Positions 27,606 through 37,858 are shown, counted from the stretch's first letter. The stretch: DNA of 64,000 nucleotides from Flavobacterium sp. (GCA_031373195.1 JANMML010000014.1:26456-90455); one strand, 5' to 3'. The notes: generated by a model not told the origin, from the sequence alone. Translations and numbers: made by a program.

Positions 27606-28129
27606 TGCTTCTAGATAGATTTAAATATAGAAACTGGAAGAAAAATGAGCCGTCAAACTTGGTGGAGTATTTCTTTTCTCCAACAACAACGAATCTACGC
27701 TTGGTGAATTTTTTCTTTCAAAAAATCATGCGTGTCAACGCTGAAGTTCCTTTTATGGTTCATTATACTTCGCAAGTCAGCAAAACGGTTTTCCTGGGAA
27801 AAGGTGTTGCCCAGTTTTTTGCCAATTCGGGGAATTGTTATATTCAGGGCATCAACAAAGTATATATCGGAGATGACACGCTTTTTGCGCCAGGGATAAA
27901 AATCATTTCTGCCAATCACGATAAAAATGATTTAAAAAAGCACGATAAGACAACGTCGCCAGTGATTATCGGCAAGAATTGTTGGATTGGCGCCAATTGC
28001 GTTATTTTACCTGGAGTAGAATTGGGTGATAACGTGATTGTAGCGGCTGGTGCAGTCGTTTCAAAATCATTTCCAAGCGACTGTGTCATAGGCGGTGTTC
28101 CTGCAAAGGTCATCGGAAAAAATGAATAG
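27605..28129 (+). CDS. Hexapeptide-repeat acetyltransferase
   Basis: Contains IGKNCWIGANCVILPGVELGDNVIVAAGAVV. TAATG overlap with the upstream gene. Confidence 0.75.
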   Translation: MLLDRFKYRNWKKNEPSNLVEYFFSPTTTNLRLVNFFFQKIMRVNAEVPFMVHYTSQVSKTVFLGKGVAQFFANSGNCYIQGINKVYIGDDTLFAPGIKIISANHDKNDLKKHDKTTSPVIIGKNCWIGANCVILPGVELGDNVIVAAGAVVSKSFPSDCVIGGVPAKVIGKNE

Positions 28130-28173
28130 TATAAACAAGACTTTTAGCGCAATAAAAATATAGAATGTAAATT

Positions 28174-29118
28174 ATGAAAAATTTTGTACTCATCGGAGCG
28201 GCAGGTTATATCGCTCCACGACATATGAAAGCCATCAAAGATACCGGCAATGACCTGATTGCAGCGCTTGACGTTAATGATTCGGTCGGAATTATCGACA
28301 GTTATTTTCCCGACGCAGACTTCTTTACGGAGTTCGAGCGTTTTGATCGACATATCGACAAATTGCGAAGAGAACAAGGCGGCCATGCGGTAGACTACGT
28401 TTCGATTTGTTCACCGAATTATTTGCATGATTCGCATATTCGTTTTGCATTGAGATCGAATGCGGACGCCATTTGCGAGAAACCGTTGGTGCTGAATCAT
28501 TGGAATATTGACGCGTTGCAAGCGATTGAAAAAGACACGGGAAAGAAAGTGCACACGATACTTCAATTGCGATTGCATCCGTCCATTATTGCTTTAAAAC
28601 AAGAAGTGGATGCAGCACCTGCCGGAGCAAAATTCGATGTCGATTTAACGTATATCACGTCTCGTGGAAAATGGTATTTCCATTCATGGAAAGGAGATGA
28701 AAAAAAATCAGGAGGTGTTTCTACCAATATCGGCGTGCACTTTTTTGATATGCTGCATTTTGTTTTCGGAAAAGTGGTCGATAATAAACTGCATTATCGC
28801 GACGAGTTTAAAGCCGCGGGTTATCTCGAATATGAAAAAGCGAGAGTGCGCTGGTTCTTATCTGTGGATGTGGAAGATGTTCCAGAAGCTGCAAAAAGTG
28901 AAGGTAAACGCACCTATCGTTCGTTAACCATGAACGGAAGATCAATAGAGTTCTCAGACGGTTTTACAGATTTACACACCAGAGTTTATGAAAATATCCT
29001 CAACGGAGAAGGCTTTAGTTTGGAGGAAAATCGCGTGGCAATTGAAATCGTTGTTGGCATTAGATCACAATCTCCGATAGGTTTAACGGGAGATTATCAT
29101 CCATTCTTAAAAAAATAA
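28174..29118 (+). CDS. wbpB: Gfo/Idh/MocA oxidoreductase, WbpB/WlbA-like (UDP-GlcNAcA 3-dehydrogenase)
   Basis: The N-terminus [43 protein letters not shown] closely resembles WbpB. Confidence 0.82.
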   Translation: MKNFVLIGAAGYIAPRHMKAIKDTGNDLIAALDVNDSVGIIDSYFPDADFFTEFERFDRHIDKLRREQGGHAVDYVSICSPNYLHDSHIRFALRSNADAICEKPLVLNHWNIDALQAIEKDTGKKVHTILQLRLHPSIIALKQEVDAAPAGAKFDVDLTYITSRGKWYFHSWKGDEKKSGGVSTNIGVHFFDMLHFVFGKVVDNKLHYRDEFKAAGYLEYEKARVRWFLSVDVEDVPEAAKSEGKRTYRSLTMNGRSIEFSDGFTDLHTRVYENILNGEGFSLEENRVAIEIVVGIRSQSPIGLTGDYHPFLKK

Positions 29119-29120
29119 AA

Positions 29121-29702
29121 ATGAACTATTCTAAACATGAAACTGCGATCGTTGACGACGGTGCACAAATAGGTAACGAAACAAGAGTCTGGCATTGGGT
29201 TCATATTTGCAGCGGGGCGGTCATTGGAGAGAAATGCTCGTTGGGACAAAATGTCTTTGTCGGCAATCGAGTTGTTGTTGGAGACAATGTCAAGATACAA
29301 AATAATGTTTCTGTGTATGATAATGTGACGCTTGAAAATGACGTTTTTTGCGGTCCGAGTATGGTTTTCACTAATGTTTATAATCCACGTTCAGCCGTCA
29401 CTCGAAAAGACGAATACAGAGATACTTTGGTTAAAATCGGTGCTACTTTAGGAGCCAATTGCACGATTGTTTGCGGTGTCACTATCGGTAAATATGCTTT
29501 TGTAGGCGCTGGAAGTGTTATCAATAAAAACGTTCCTGATTTCGCATTGATGGTTGGTGTTCCTGCAAAGCAAATTGGCTGGATGTCAAGATTTGGAGAG
29601 CGAATGGAATTACCATTGACCGGCGATGCCACTTATGTTTGTCCACATACCAGTGATCGATATATACTCAAAGGAGACCTCGTGAGTTTGATTGAAAATT
29701 AA
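29121..29702 (+). CDS. wbpD: WbpD/WlbB-like UDP-2-acetamido-3-amino-2,3-dideoxy-glucuronate N-acetyltransferase
   Basis: Contains [36 protein letters not shown] and [13 protein letters not shown], which strongly resemble WbpD. Confidence 0.86.
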   Translation: MNYSKHETAIVDDGAQIGNETRVWHWVHICSGAVIGEKCSLGQNVFVGNRVVVGDNVKIQNNVSVYDNVTLENDVFCGPSMVFTNVYNPRSAVTRKDEYRDTLVKIGATLGANCTIVCGVTIGKYAFVGAGSVINKNVPDFALMVGVPAKQIGWMSRFGERMELPLTGDATYVCPHTSDRYILKGDLVSLIEN

Positions 29703-29730
29703 TTTCCTTGATAATTCAAAACATTATAAA

Positions 29731-30810
29731 ATGAAAATCATTACGATAATAGGTGCTAGGCCACAATTTATCAAAGCTGCCGTTGTTTCGAGAGCCATGC
29801 GCTTAAGATCTCAGGAGATTACAGAACTCATTGTACATACAGGTCAACACTTCGACTCGAATATGTCGGACATTTTCTTTGAAGAACTTGACATTCCAAA
29901 ACCTGATTTTCATTTAGGTGTTGGTGGCGGATCACATGGACAGAATACAGGTCGAATGTTGGAAAAAATCGAAGAAGTGCTTTTGCAAGAAAAGCCAGAT
30001 TATGTTTTGGTTTATGGAGACACGGATTCGACTTTGGCAGGTACGTTGGCGGCCGTAAAGTTGCATATTCCTTTAGCTCATGTGGAAGCGGGATTGCGTT
30101 CTTTCAATAGAAAAATGCCGGAAGAAATCAATCGAATTTTGACCGATCATGCTAGTGATGTTTTATTTACACCGACATCAACGGCGGTTAAAAATTTGAG
30201 CAATGAAGGTATTGAATCAGCAAAAATAAAGCAAGTTGGCGATGTGATGTACGATGCCGCCCTGTATTACGGAGCAAAAGTGGAACAGAACAATTCGCTT
30301 CTAAAAGATTTAGGAATTGAATCGAAAAAGTATGCTTTGGTTACTTTACACAGAGCAGAGAACGTCGATGATAAAGCGCGACTGTCTTCCATTTTAAAAG
30401 GTTTGGGTTATTACAAGAATCCCATTATTTGGCCTTTGCATCCACGGACAAAAAAAATGTTAGAAAGTTTTGGGATTGCAGTACCAGAAAATATTAAAAT
30501 TATTGATCCTATAGGATATTTGGATATGATTCTGTTAGAAAAGCATGCAGCGTTGATAGCCACAGATTCAGGCGGGGTTCAGAAAGAAGCCTATTTTCAT
30601 AAAGTACCGTGTATCACAATGCGCGATCAAACGGAGTGGATTGAATTGGTGGAACAAGGTGCTAATATTATTACTGGTGCTGATACAGATGCAATTGTAG
30701 TTGCTCTTAATAAAGCTTCGAGTGTGGATCCTGCGATTTTTGATGCACCTTTATACGGCAATGGAACCACAGGGATTGAAATTGTAGATACTTTAATTAA
30801 AAATAAGTAA
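29731..30810 (+). CDS. wecB: Non-hydrolysing UDP-N-acetylglucosamine (uronate) 2-epimerase (WecB/WbpI-like)
   Basis: Contains MKIITIIGARPQFIKAA, VYGDTDSTLAG, HVEAGLRS and DSGGVQKEA. Confidence 0.9.
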   Translation: MKIITIIGARPQFIKAAVVSRAMRLRSQEITELIVHTGQHFDSNMSDIFFEELDIPKPDFHLGVGGGSHGQNTGRMLEKIEEVLLQEKPDYVLVYGDTDSTLAGTLAAVKLHIPLAHVEAGLRSFNRKMPEEINRILTDHASDVLFTPTSTAVKNLSNEGIESAKIKQVGDVMYDAALYYGAKVEQNNSLLKDLGIESKKYALVTLHRAENVDDKARLSSILKGLGYYKNPIIWPLHPRTKKMLESFGIAVPENIKIIDPIGYLDMILLEKHAALIATDSGGVQKEAYFHKVPCITMRDQTEWIELVEQGANIITGADTDAIVVALNKASSVDPAIFDAPLYGNGTTGIEIVDTLIKNK

Positions 30811-31925
30811 TGGATTCAAAAAAAATTCTGGTCGTTAGCAGCGCCTTTTATCCTGAGAATAGTCCACGGTCATTCAGAACCACAGAACTTGTTAAGGAAC
30901 TAGCGAGACAAGGACATCAAGTTACGCTTTACACGCTAAAGAAAGATGAATTTCACTTGCCGATTGAAAAGGAATTCGGGATACAAATAAATGATTTAGG
31001 TTCAAGAACACTACCCGCAATTAATGTAGCTGAAGGTTCCAAAATGGTAGTCTTATTCAAAAGAGTTTTGAATAGATCTTTACTACAATTGATTTCTTAC
31101 CCAGATATCGAATTGATGTTTATGGTCAAGAAAGCGCTAAAAAAAGAAGCAGGATTTTATGATCTATTAATTTCCGTTGCCGTTCCGCACTCGATTCACT
31201 GGGGAACTGCTTGGGCTCGAACAAAATCGCGTCCGCTTGCAACGAAATGGGTGGCCGACTGCGGAGATCCTTTTATGGGCGCTATTCACGACAGTTTTAA
31301 AAAAGTATTTTATTTCAAATATTTAGAAAAATGGTTTTGCAGAAAAGCCGATTATATTGCGGTTCCGAAAATCATGATGAAAGAAAACTATTACCCGGAA
31401 TTTAGAGAAAAAGTAATTGAAATATCACAGGGATTTAAGTTCGATGAAGTTGTTCGTAGTGACTTCAAAAGAAATGAAGTGCCGACTTTTGGTTTTGCTG
31501 GAACATTTATAAGAACTACGAGAAATCCTACACCATTATTGGAGTTCCTCGCAACTGTAGATCAGCCTTTTAAGTTTATTGTTTATACAGAAACACAAGA
31601 CTTAGTGCTGCCATTTCAGCCAATTCTAAAGGAAAAATTAGAAGTACGGCATTATATTCCGAGAATTGATTTACTCAAAGAATTGAGTAGCATGGATTTT
31701 TTAGTTAATATTGCTTATGATGCCGTACATCAAGCACCAAGCAAATTAATAGACTATTATCTAACTGGCAGACCCATATTGTCATCCGTTACGAATGAAT
31801 TTGACCATAATACTGTAAGAGATTTTATCGCTGGTAACTATACAAATTCATTTGTATTTAATAATATCGAGCAGTATAAAATAGAAAACGTCGCTACTAA
31901 ATTTTTGTCCCTATCAAAAGAATAA
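30810..31925 (+). CDS. GT-B fold glycosyltransferase (divergent; no clear EX7E motif)
   Basis: The N-terminus KILVVSSAFYPENSPRSFRTTELVKELARQGHQVTLYT is typical of the GT4/GT1 N-domain. The C-domain is atypical. Confidence 0.55.
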   Translation: MDSKKILVVSSAFYPENSPRSFRTTELVKELARQGHQVTLYTLKKDEFHLPIEKEFGIQINDLGSRTLPAINVAEGSKMVVLFKRVLNRSLLQLISYPDIELMFMVKKALKKEAGFYDLLISVAVPHSIHWGTAWARTKSRPLATKWVADCGDPFMGAIHDSFKKVFYFKYLEKWFCRKADYIAVPKIMMKENYYPEFREKVIEISQGFKFDEVVRSDFKRNEVPTFGFAGTFIRTTRNPTPLLEFLATVDQPFKFIVYTETQDLVLPFQPILKEKLEVRHYIPRIDLLKELSSMDFLVNIAYDAVHQAPSKLIDYYLTGRPILSSVTNEFDHNTVRDFIAGNYTNSFVFNNIEQYKIENVATKFLSLSKE

Positions 31926-31932
31926 ATTTAGT

Positions 31933-33171
31933 TTGAAACGAAAAATAATACATCCTTTGAAGAATAATTTTATTTTCTTTTTGGTTTCTCCCTTCTTGGG
32001 ATTCATTCAAGCCTTTAAATACTATAAGGAAGATTGGGCCAAGAACAGTGTGTGGTTGTTCGTTATTTTTTATGGATATACCATGTACCGACCTGAAATA
32101 ATGGATTCAACTCGTTATGTTGTTAACTTGATCAATCTATACAACAGACCAATGACTTGGGATATTTTTATTGCCAATTTTTATTCAGATGATACGGGTA
32201 CTGTCGACATTTACCAGCCTCTAGTAACTTTTATACTATCAAGGTTTACCAAAGACGGGAATATTCTTTTTGCCGTTTTCGGCATTGTATACGGTTATTT
32301 TTATTCGAGAAACATTTGGATGCTCTTGGATTTAAGTAAGGGTGTAAAAATTGAATGGAAATTGTGGGTTGTAATTATCGCCTTTATTTGTGTACTGGGA
32401 TTTTGGAATTTGAATGGTGTCAGAATGTGGACCGCAGCTCATATTTTTTTTTATGGTGCTTTTCAATACCTGGTTCATGATAGGAAGAAAGGGATTTTTA
32501 TTGCCATGTCTTCGGCATTAGTTCACTTCTCTTTTGTCTTACCCATTGGTGTTTTCCTTGTTTTTATTTTAAATAAGATTCCATGGCGGATACTGTACTT
32601 TCTGTTTTTGGGTAGTTTTTTTATTTCTTCCATAAACGTTCCTACGATTAGAGCTAAATTAGAAAGTGTAGCCCCCGATTTCTTGCTTCCGCGCGTAAAT
32701 AGTTACACGAGCGACGAATATGTTGAAGCTATTACTGATATGAATGAGGGTGCTAATTGGTATATTAAATACTATACAAATTCTTTAATGTGGGTACTGG
32801 TGGCGCTTTTTACAGTAATTTACTTCTCCAAGAGCAAGAAGTTAAAAGATGATAAATCATTCTCAAATTTGTTTGGCTTTTCGCTCTTGATATTAAGCGT
32901 GGGAAACATTACCTCTCTGCTACCATCCGGAGGAAGATACGTACTACTTGCACAACTATTTGGTGTGGCATTATTAGTTTATTATTATATTCGTTTTGAT
33001 CATCTTTTGTATAAAAATTATCTTAACCTTTTTGGGCCCTTGCTTTATTTTTTCATCTTAGTGAATATTCGAATTTCCTTTGATACAATTTCATTTATGA
33101 CCATTTTTAGCAATCCTATTTTGTCATCGATTGTTGATTTACCAATTCCTTTAATTAACCTACTTAAATAG
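31933..33171 (+). CDS. Polytopic membrane protein, candidate Wzy-type polymerase (EpsG-like)
   Basis: 412 aa with more than 10 hydrophobic segments. It is the only such protein in the locus besides Wzx and the MBOAT. TTG start per the track. Confidence 0.5.
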   Translation: MKRKIIHPLKNNFIFFLVSPFLGFIQAFKYYKEDWAKNSVWLFVIFYGYTMYRPEIMDSTRYVVNLINLYNRPMTWDIFIANFYSDDTGTVDIYQPLVTFILSRFTKDGNILFAVFGIVYGYFYSRNIWMLLDLSKGVKIEWKLWVVIIAFICVLGFWNLNGVRMWTAAHIFFYGAFQYLVHDRKKGIFIAMSSALVHFSFVLPIGVFLVFILNKIPWRILYFLFLGSFFISSINVPTIRAKLESVAPDFLLPRVNSYTSDEYVEAITDMNEGANWYIKYYTNSLMWVLVALFTVIYFSKSKKLKDDKSFSNLFGFSLLILSVGNITSLLPSGGRYVLLAQLFGVALLVYYYIRFDHLLYKNYLNLFGPLLYFFILVNIRISFDTISFMTIFSNPILSSIVDLPIPLINLLK

Positions 33172-33200
33172 AAGTATAAGGTGTTTTTAATCAAAATCAG

Positions 33201-34325
33201 ATGAGTAATAGCAGTCAAATAGTTCAAAGTTTAAAATCCTATTTGTCGGCGACTTTGATCAATCGGAAAGGAAAATCCGTAACTAAGAAATTGGTTGTGA
33301 TCGAGTCGGATGATTGGGGCGCGATTAGAACTCCTTCGAAAGATGCCGTTCAAGCTTTTGAGAAAAAAGGACTAGACTTAGCTACTAGTATTTATAAAGT
33401 AGACGCATTAGAATCGCAAGATGATTTGGAATTACTGTTTTCAGTTTTATCAAAACATAGGGACCAATCCGGTTCAGCAGCAAAGATTACTGCAAATGCT
33501 ATTATGGCAAACCCAGATTTTGATCGAATTAGAGCATCCAATTTTACTGAATTTCACTATGAAAAATTCACGGAAACTTTTCAAAAATATCCAAATCATG
33601 CCAAGAATCTAAATTTGTGGTTGGAAGGGAAGGCAAATGGTATTTTTCAGCCTCAGTTTCACGGAAGAGAGCACCTCAATTACAAAAGATGGCTAAAAGT
33701 TTTGCAGCAAAATAACGAGGCAGCACACTTTTGTTTTGATAGGAATGCGACTTACTCGGGAACTGGAGATTACAGCTTTATGGAAGCGTATGATTGGGAT
33801 TCGACCGAAGATATTCAGGAGCAGAAGTTAGTAATTGCTGACGGGCTCAAAATTTTTGAAGAAACATTTGGCGAAGTTTCAAAATCTTTTATTGCGCCTT
33901 GTTATAATTGGGATCCATTAGTGGAGGTCGTCTTAAGAGAACACGGTGTGGAGTGGATTCAGGGTTTGCGTTCGCAATTAGTACCTACAGGCGCATTTGA
34001 TCAGTACACACCCTTGCGACATACTTTCGGCGAAACCAATTCACTTGGAATCAAATACAACATCAGAAATTGTATGTTTGAACCTTCAATGAATCATAAT
34101 AGAGATTGGGTTAAGAGTTGTTTGGCTCAAATTTCAAGTGCCTTTCATTGGAACAAACCAGCCGTTATTTGCGCTCATAGAATTAATTTTGTAGGTTTCA
34201 TAAACGAAAAAAATAGAGATAAAGGACTAAATGACCTTGATTTGCTATTGAAGTCTATTTTAAAGAAATGGCCAGATGTTCAGTTTATTTCAACCGATGA
34301 ATTGTCTCAATACATAAACGAATAA
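33201..34325 (+). CDS. Uncharacterised protein, possibly glycoside-hydrolase/deacetylase-fold (paralog of 47388-48527)
   Basis: Blocks shared with its paralog: VVIESDDWG, QPQFHGREHLN and WNKPAVICAHRINF.G.I...NR.KGL. The DD...HGxxH layout recalls CE4/DUF2334-type deacetylases. Confidence 0.35.
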   Translation: MSNSSQIVQSLKSYLSATLINRKGKSVTKKLVVIESDDWGAIRTPSKDAVQAFEKKGLDLATSIYKVDALESQDDLELLFSVLSKHRDQSGSAAKITANAIMANPDFDRIRASNFTEFHYEKFTETFQKYPNHAKNLNLWLEGKANGIFQPQFHGREHLNYKRWLKVLQQNNEAAHFCFDRNATYSGTGDYSFMEAYDWDSTEDIQEQKLVIADGLKIFEETFGEVSKSFIAPCYNWDPLVEVVLREHGVEWIQGLRSQLVPTGAFDQYTPLRHTFGETNSLGIKYNIRNCMFEPSMNHNRDWVKSCLAQISSAFHWNKPAVICAHRINFVGFINEKNRDKGLNDLDLLLKSILKKWPDVQFISTDELSQYINE

Positions 34326-34350
34326 TTACATTAAATAACACGACAGATTT

Positions 34351-35811
34351 ATGTTATTCAACTCAATAGAATTTGCGATTTTCTTACCGATAGTGTTCTT
34401 ACTTTATTGGTTTGTATTTCAAAAGAGCATTAGTAAGCAAAACTTATTGATCCTTTTAGTGAGCTACGTCTTTTATGCGTGGTGGGATTGGCGGTTCCTT
34501 TTTCTTTTAGCATTTTCCACCTTCCTAGATTATTTTTCAGGTCTGAAAATTGAACAGGCTAAAACACAAGCTCAAAGCAAGTTTTGGCTTATCTTGAGTA
34601 TCGGCATTAACCTGGGTTTCTTAGGCTTTTTTAAATACTACAATTTTTTCATAACTGAGTTGACCAATGCGATTGCTAATGCTGGGATAACAATAAATCC
34701 ATGGACGTTAAAGGTGATTCTTCCTGTGGGTATTTCTTTTTATACTTTTCACGGACTTTCCTATATTATTGATGTTTACAAAAAACGCATTATTGCCGAA
34801 AAGAACTTTGTAGATTATGCAGTTTTTGTGAGTTACTTTCCGCTGCTGGTCGCTGGTCCAATCGAAAGGGCGACGCACCTTTTACCACAATTTAAAAAAG
34901 CCAGAACATTTAGTTACGAGCAAGCCACTGATGGTTTACGTCAAATCTTGTGGGGACTGTTTAAGAAAGTTGTCATCGCGGACAATTGTGCTACTTATGC
35001 CAATCAGATATTTAATGCAAGTGGTGAACATAACGGAAGTAGCTTATTTTTAGGCGCTTTGTTCTTTACATTTCAAATTTATGGAGACTTCTCAGGATAC
35101 TCAGATATTGCCTTAGGAGCGTCCAGATTGTTCGGAATTGAACTGCTACGTAATTTTGCTTTCCCTTATTTTTCGAGAGATATCGCCGAATTTTGGAGAA
35201 GATGGCACATTTCGTTATCGACTTGGTTTCGGGATTATCTATATTTTCCATTAGGTGGCAGCCAAGGTGGCATTTGGATGAAAGTGAGAAATACCTTCAT
35301 TATTTTTCTAGTCAGCGGCTTTTGGCATGGTGCCAATTGGACTTTCATTGCTTGGGGATTTTTGAATGCGCTGTATTTCATTCCGCTACTACTATTGGAT
35401 CGGAATCGAAATTATTTACATGTCATTCCAACACACCAGTTTTTTCCGTCAATTAAGGAATTTTTCCAGATATTATTTACATTTTTTCTTACTGTCATTG
35501 CTTGGATATTTTTTAGATCCGATTCAATCACCCAAGCATTTGCCATCCTAAAAGAAATATTTTCAAAAAGTCTGCTGCAAAGACCCAATTTCTTGGGGAA
35601 ACAAGACATGATCTATTTTATTATTCACTGCAGTATGATTGCAATACTCATATTAGTAGAATGGATGCATCGCGACAAACAATTTGGGCTACAATTCAAC
35701 AAAGGGACGATGAATTCAACCGTTAAACGATGGTCTATTTATGCCATTATTACTGTGTTTATTTTATTGTTTGGTGGTAAACAAAACAACTTTATTTATT
35801 TTCAATTTTAA
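34351..35811 (+). CDS. MBOAT-family membrane O-acyltransferase (AlgI/DltB-like)
   Basis: 486 aa polytopic protein. Contains FWRRWHISLSTWFRDYLYFPLGG and the conserved His context SGFWHGANW. Confidence 0.88.
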   Translation: MLFNSIEFAIFLPIVFLLYWFVFQKSISKQNLLILLVSYVFYAWWDWRFLFLLAFSTFLDYFSGLKIEQAKTQAQSKFWLILSIGINLGFLGFFKYYNFFITELTNAIANAGITINPWTLKVILPVGISFYTFHGLSYIIDVYKKRIIAEKNFVDYAVFVSYFPLLVAGPIERATHLLPQFKKARTFSYEQATDGLRQILWGLFKKVVIADNCATYANQIFNASGEHNGSSLFLGALFFTFQIYGDFSGYSDIALGASRLFGIELLRNFAFPYFSRDIAEFWRRWHISLSTWFRDYLYFPLGGSQGGIWMKVRNTFIIFLVSGFWHGANWTFIAWGFLNALYFIPLLLLDRNRNYLHVIPTHQFFPSIKEFFQILFTFFLTVIAWIFFRSDSITQAFAILKEIFSKSLLQRPNFLGKQDMIYFIIHCSMIAILILVEWMHRDKQFGLQFNKGTMNSTVKRWSIYAIITVFILLFGGKQNNFIYFQF

Positions 35812-35826
35812 TCAAAGAGAGAAAAA

Positions 35827-36729
35827 ATGAAGCAGTTTTTTAGAAAGTTATTTTGGTTTTTAGGTATCATTGTGGTGCTTAATCTGCTATATCTTTTACT
35901 TTTATTAAGTCTCAGCCCTGGATTCAAGAAAATACATGAAGTTTCAACATTTGAAAACAAAAGTTTTGATATCATCGTTTTGGGAAATAGTATGGCCTTA
36001 GATGGTATTGATGCCGAGTATCTAACAAAAAATGGACTTTCAACCTACAATCTTTCAATCGCTGGAGACCATGTATCGACCTCCTTGTTCTTGCTAGAGG
36101 ACTATATCAAAAAAAATAAAAAACCAAAAATGGTCGTTGTTGGATTGTCGTCTGCTATTGGTCGATCCTATTTGAATCCTGTTCCCTTTACCAATCCGGA
36201 AGTGGAGTTTTTCTACCATCCGAATTTTATTTCAAATTTGACCAATCCGCCGATGTTGAATTTTCAATGGTTAGCGGTTGATCTTCTGAAAATTGTGCTG
36301 TCTAAAGATCATCGAGAGGCGACAATGGTTCTGGGGCAGTGGAAAACGAAGAAGGTAATTCCTGATGGTAGTATGTATAAAAATACAAGTCCAAAATCAA
36401 TCGACTACCGAGATCCTTTCCTTCTTAAAATAATTGAGCTTTGCCAAAAGCAAGGTATAAAACCCATTGTTATTGAACTGCCAGGATCAAATGGCAATCA
36501 AAATAATTTACCATTGAAGTATATAGTAAAATTGAAAAATGGGACCAATCAGGAAGTATATAATCTCAACAACAACGCGGTGGCGTCAAAAATTCTCAAT
36601 CCAGCGACGGATTGGTTGGCACAAGACCATCTAAACCAAAACGGTGGAACGAAAATCACGAATTATTTATTAGACCAAGTACTTTCGAAAGAACTAACAG
36701 AGCAAGTTTCAAATCAAAATAAACCATGA
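35827..36729 (+). CDS. N-terminally anchored protein, candidate SGNH/DltD/AlgJ-like partner of the MBOAT
   Basis: A single N-terminal TM helix followed by FDIIVLGNSMALDG, which resembles SGNH block I. Its position immediately after the MBOAT supports the pairing. Confidence 0.35.
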   Translation: MKQFFRKLFWFLGIIVVLNLLYLLLLLSLSPGFKKIHEVSTFENKSFDIIVLGNSMALDGIDAEYLTKNGLSTYNLSIAGDHVSTSLFLLEDYIKKNKKPKMVVVGLSSAIGRSYLNPVPFTNPEVEFFYHPNFISNLTNPPMLNFQWLAVDLLKIVLSKDHREATMVLGQWKTKKVIPDGSMYKNTSPKSIDYRDPFLLKIIELCQKQGIKPIVIELPGSNGNQNNLPLKYIVKLKNGTNQEVYNLNNNAVASKILNPATDWLAQDHLNQNGGTKITNYLLDQVLSKELTEQVSNQNKP

Positions 36730-37856
36730 TACAAATAGGATTTACAGGTGATTTTTGTCCATGGATGCGCATCGAAGAAAACTTCAAAAACAACAGTTGG
36801 AAACCGTTGTTTGAATCCGTTTTACCTTTTTTCAATCAAAACGATTTGAATATCCTCGATTTGGAATGTCCACTTACCACATCAACTTCAAAAATTAGTA
36901 AAACCGGACCGCATATCAAAGCGCATCCTGCTACTGCGCGTATACTCAATCACCTGAATTGCAATGTCGTGGCAACTGCTAACAACCATTTTAAAGATTA
37001 CGGTTGGGAAGGGATGAAGGAAACGTACGATTCTCTTCAGAAGCATGACATTAAATGGTTTGGCAGTGGTGCCAATCTTCAAGACGCTTCGAAGACTTTC
37101 TATTGGGAAAAAGACGACACGAAGTTTGCTTTTATTAATATTGCCGAAAACGAATGGACGACAACTTTTGGTGCAGAACCGGGTTGCCATCCCATCGATT
37201 TAGTCAGTGTTTTTAATCAAATTCAAGAAGCCAAAAAAACTGCTGATTTTATTGTGGTCATTGTTCATGGTGGACATGAGCATTATGATTTGCCAAGTCC
37301 AAGAATGAAAAAGTGGTATCGATTTTTTGTCGATGCTGGCGCTAGCGCTGTCATTGCGCATCACACGCACATTATTTCGGGGTTTGAAGTCTATCATGAA
37401 GCTCCGATTTTTTATAGTTTGGGTAATTTCTGCTTTGATTGGGAAGGAATGCGAGATCTTCCATGGAATAAAGGCATGATTGTTCGACTCCAATTTGAAA
37501 AAGGAAAGCCAATCACTTTTGAAAAAGAATTTGTAAGTCACAATACGGATGAAGTCGGACTGCGCTTATTAACCTCTGAGGAAAAGAAAATACTTGAGAC
37601 TCATCAGGAAAAGTTGAATGACATTATTGCCGACGACACAAAATTGCAAAGTGCTTTTGACGATTATGTTCAAAAATGGAAACCGGTAATGAACACTTGG
37701 ATTCAACCCTACAAAGGAAAATATTTGCCAAGTTTGTATAAGAAAGGACTCTTACCTTCTATTATTACTAAAAACAAAAAGTTGTTATTCACCAATTTGA
37801 TTCGATGTGAAGCGCATCGTGACATTTTGATTAATTCTATAAACCCCAACAAATAG
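36726..37856 (+). CDS. CapA-family (PGA_cap, metallophosphoesterase-fold) protein
   Basis: Contains GDFCP, VATANNHFKDYG, VIVHGGHEH and HHTHI. ATGA overlap with the upstream gene. Confidence 0.72.
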   Translation: MIQIGFTGDFCPWMRIEENFKNNSWKPLFESVLPFFNQNDLNILDLECPLTTSTSKISKTGPHIKAHPATARILNHLNCNVVATANNHFKDYGWEGMKETYDSLQKHDIKWFGSGANLQDASKTFYWEKDDTKFAFINIAENEWTTTFGAEPGCHPIDLVSVFNQIQEAKKTADFIVVIVHGGHEHYDLPSPRMKKWYRFFVDAGASAVIAHHTHIISGFEVYHEAPIFYSLGNFCFDWEGMRDLPWNKGMIVRLQFEKGKPITFEKEFVSHNTDEVGLRLLTSEEKKILETHQEKLNDIIADDTKLQSAFDDYVQKWKPVMNTWIQPYKGKYLPSLYKKGLLPSIITKNKKLLFTNLIRCEAHRDILINSINPNK

Positions 37857-37858
37857 TT

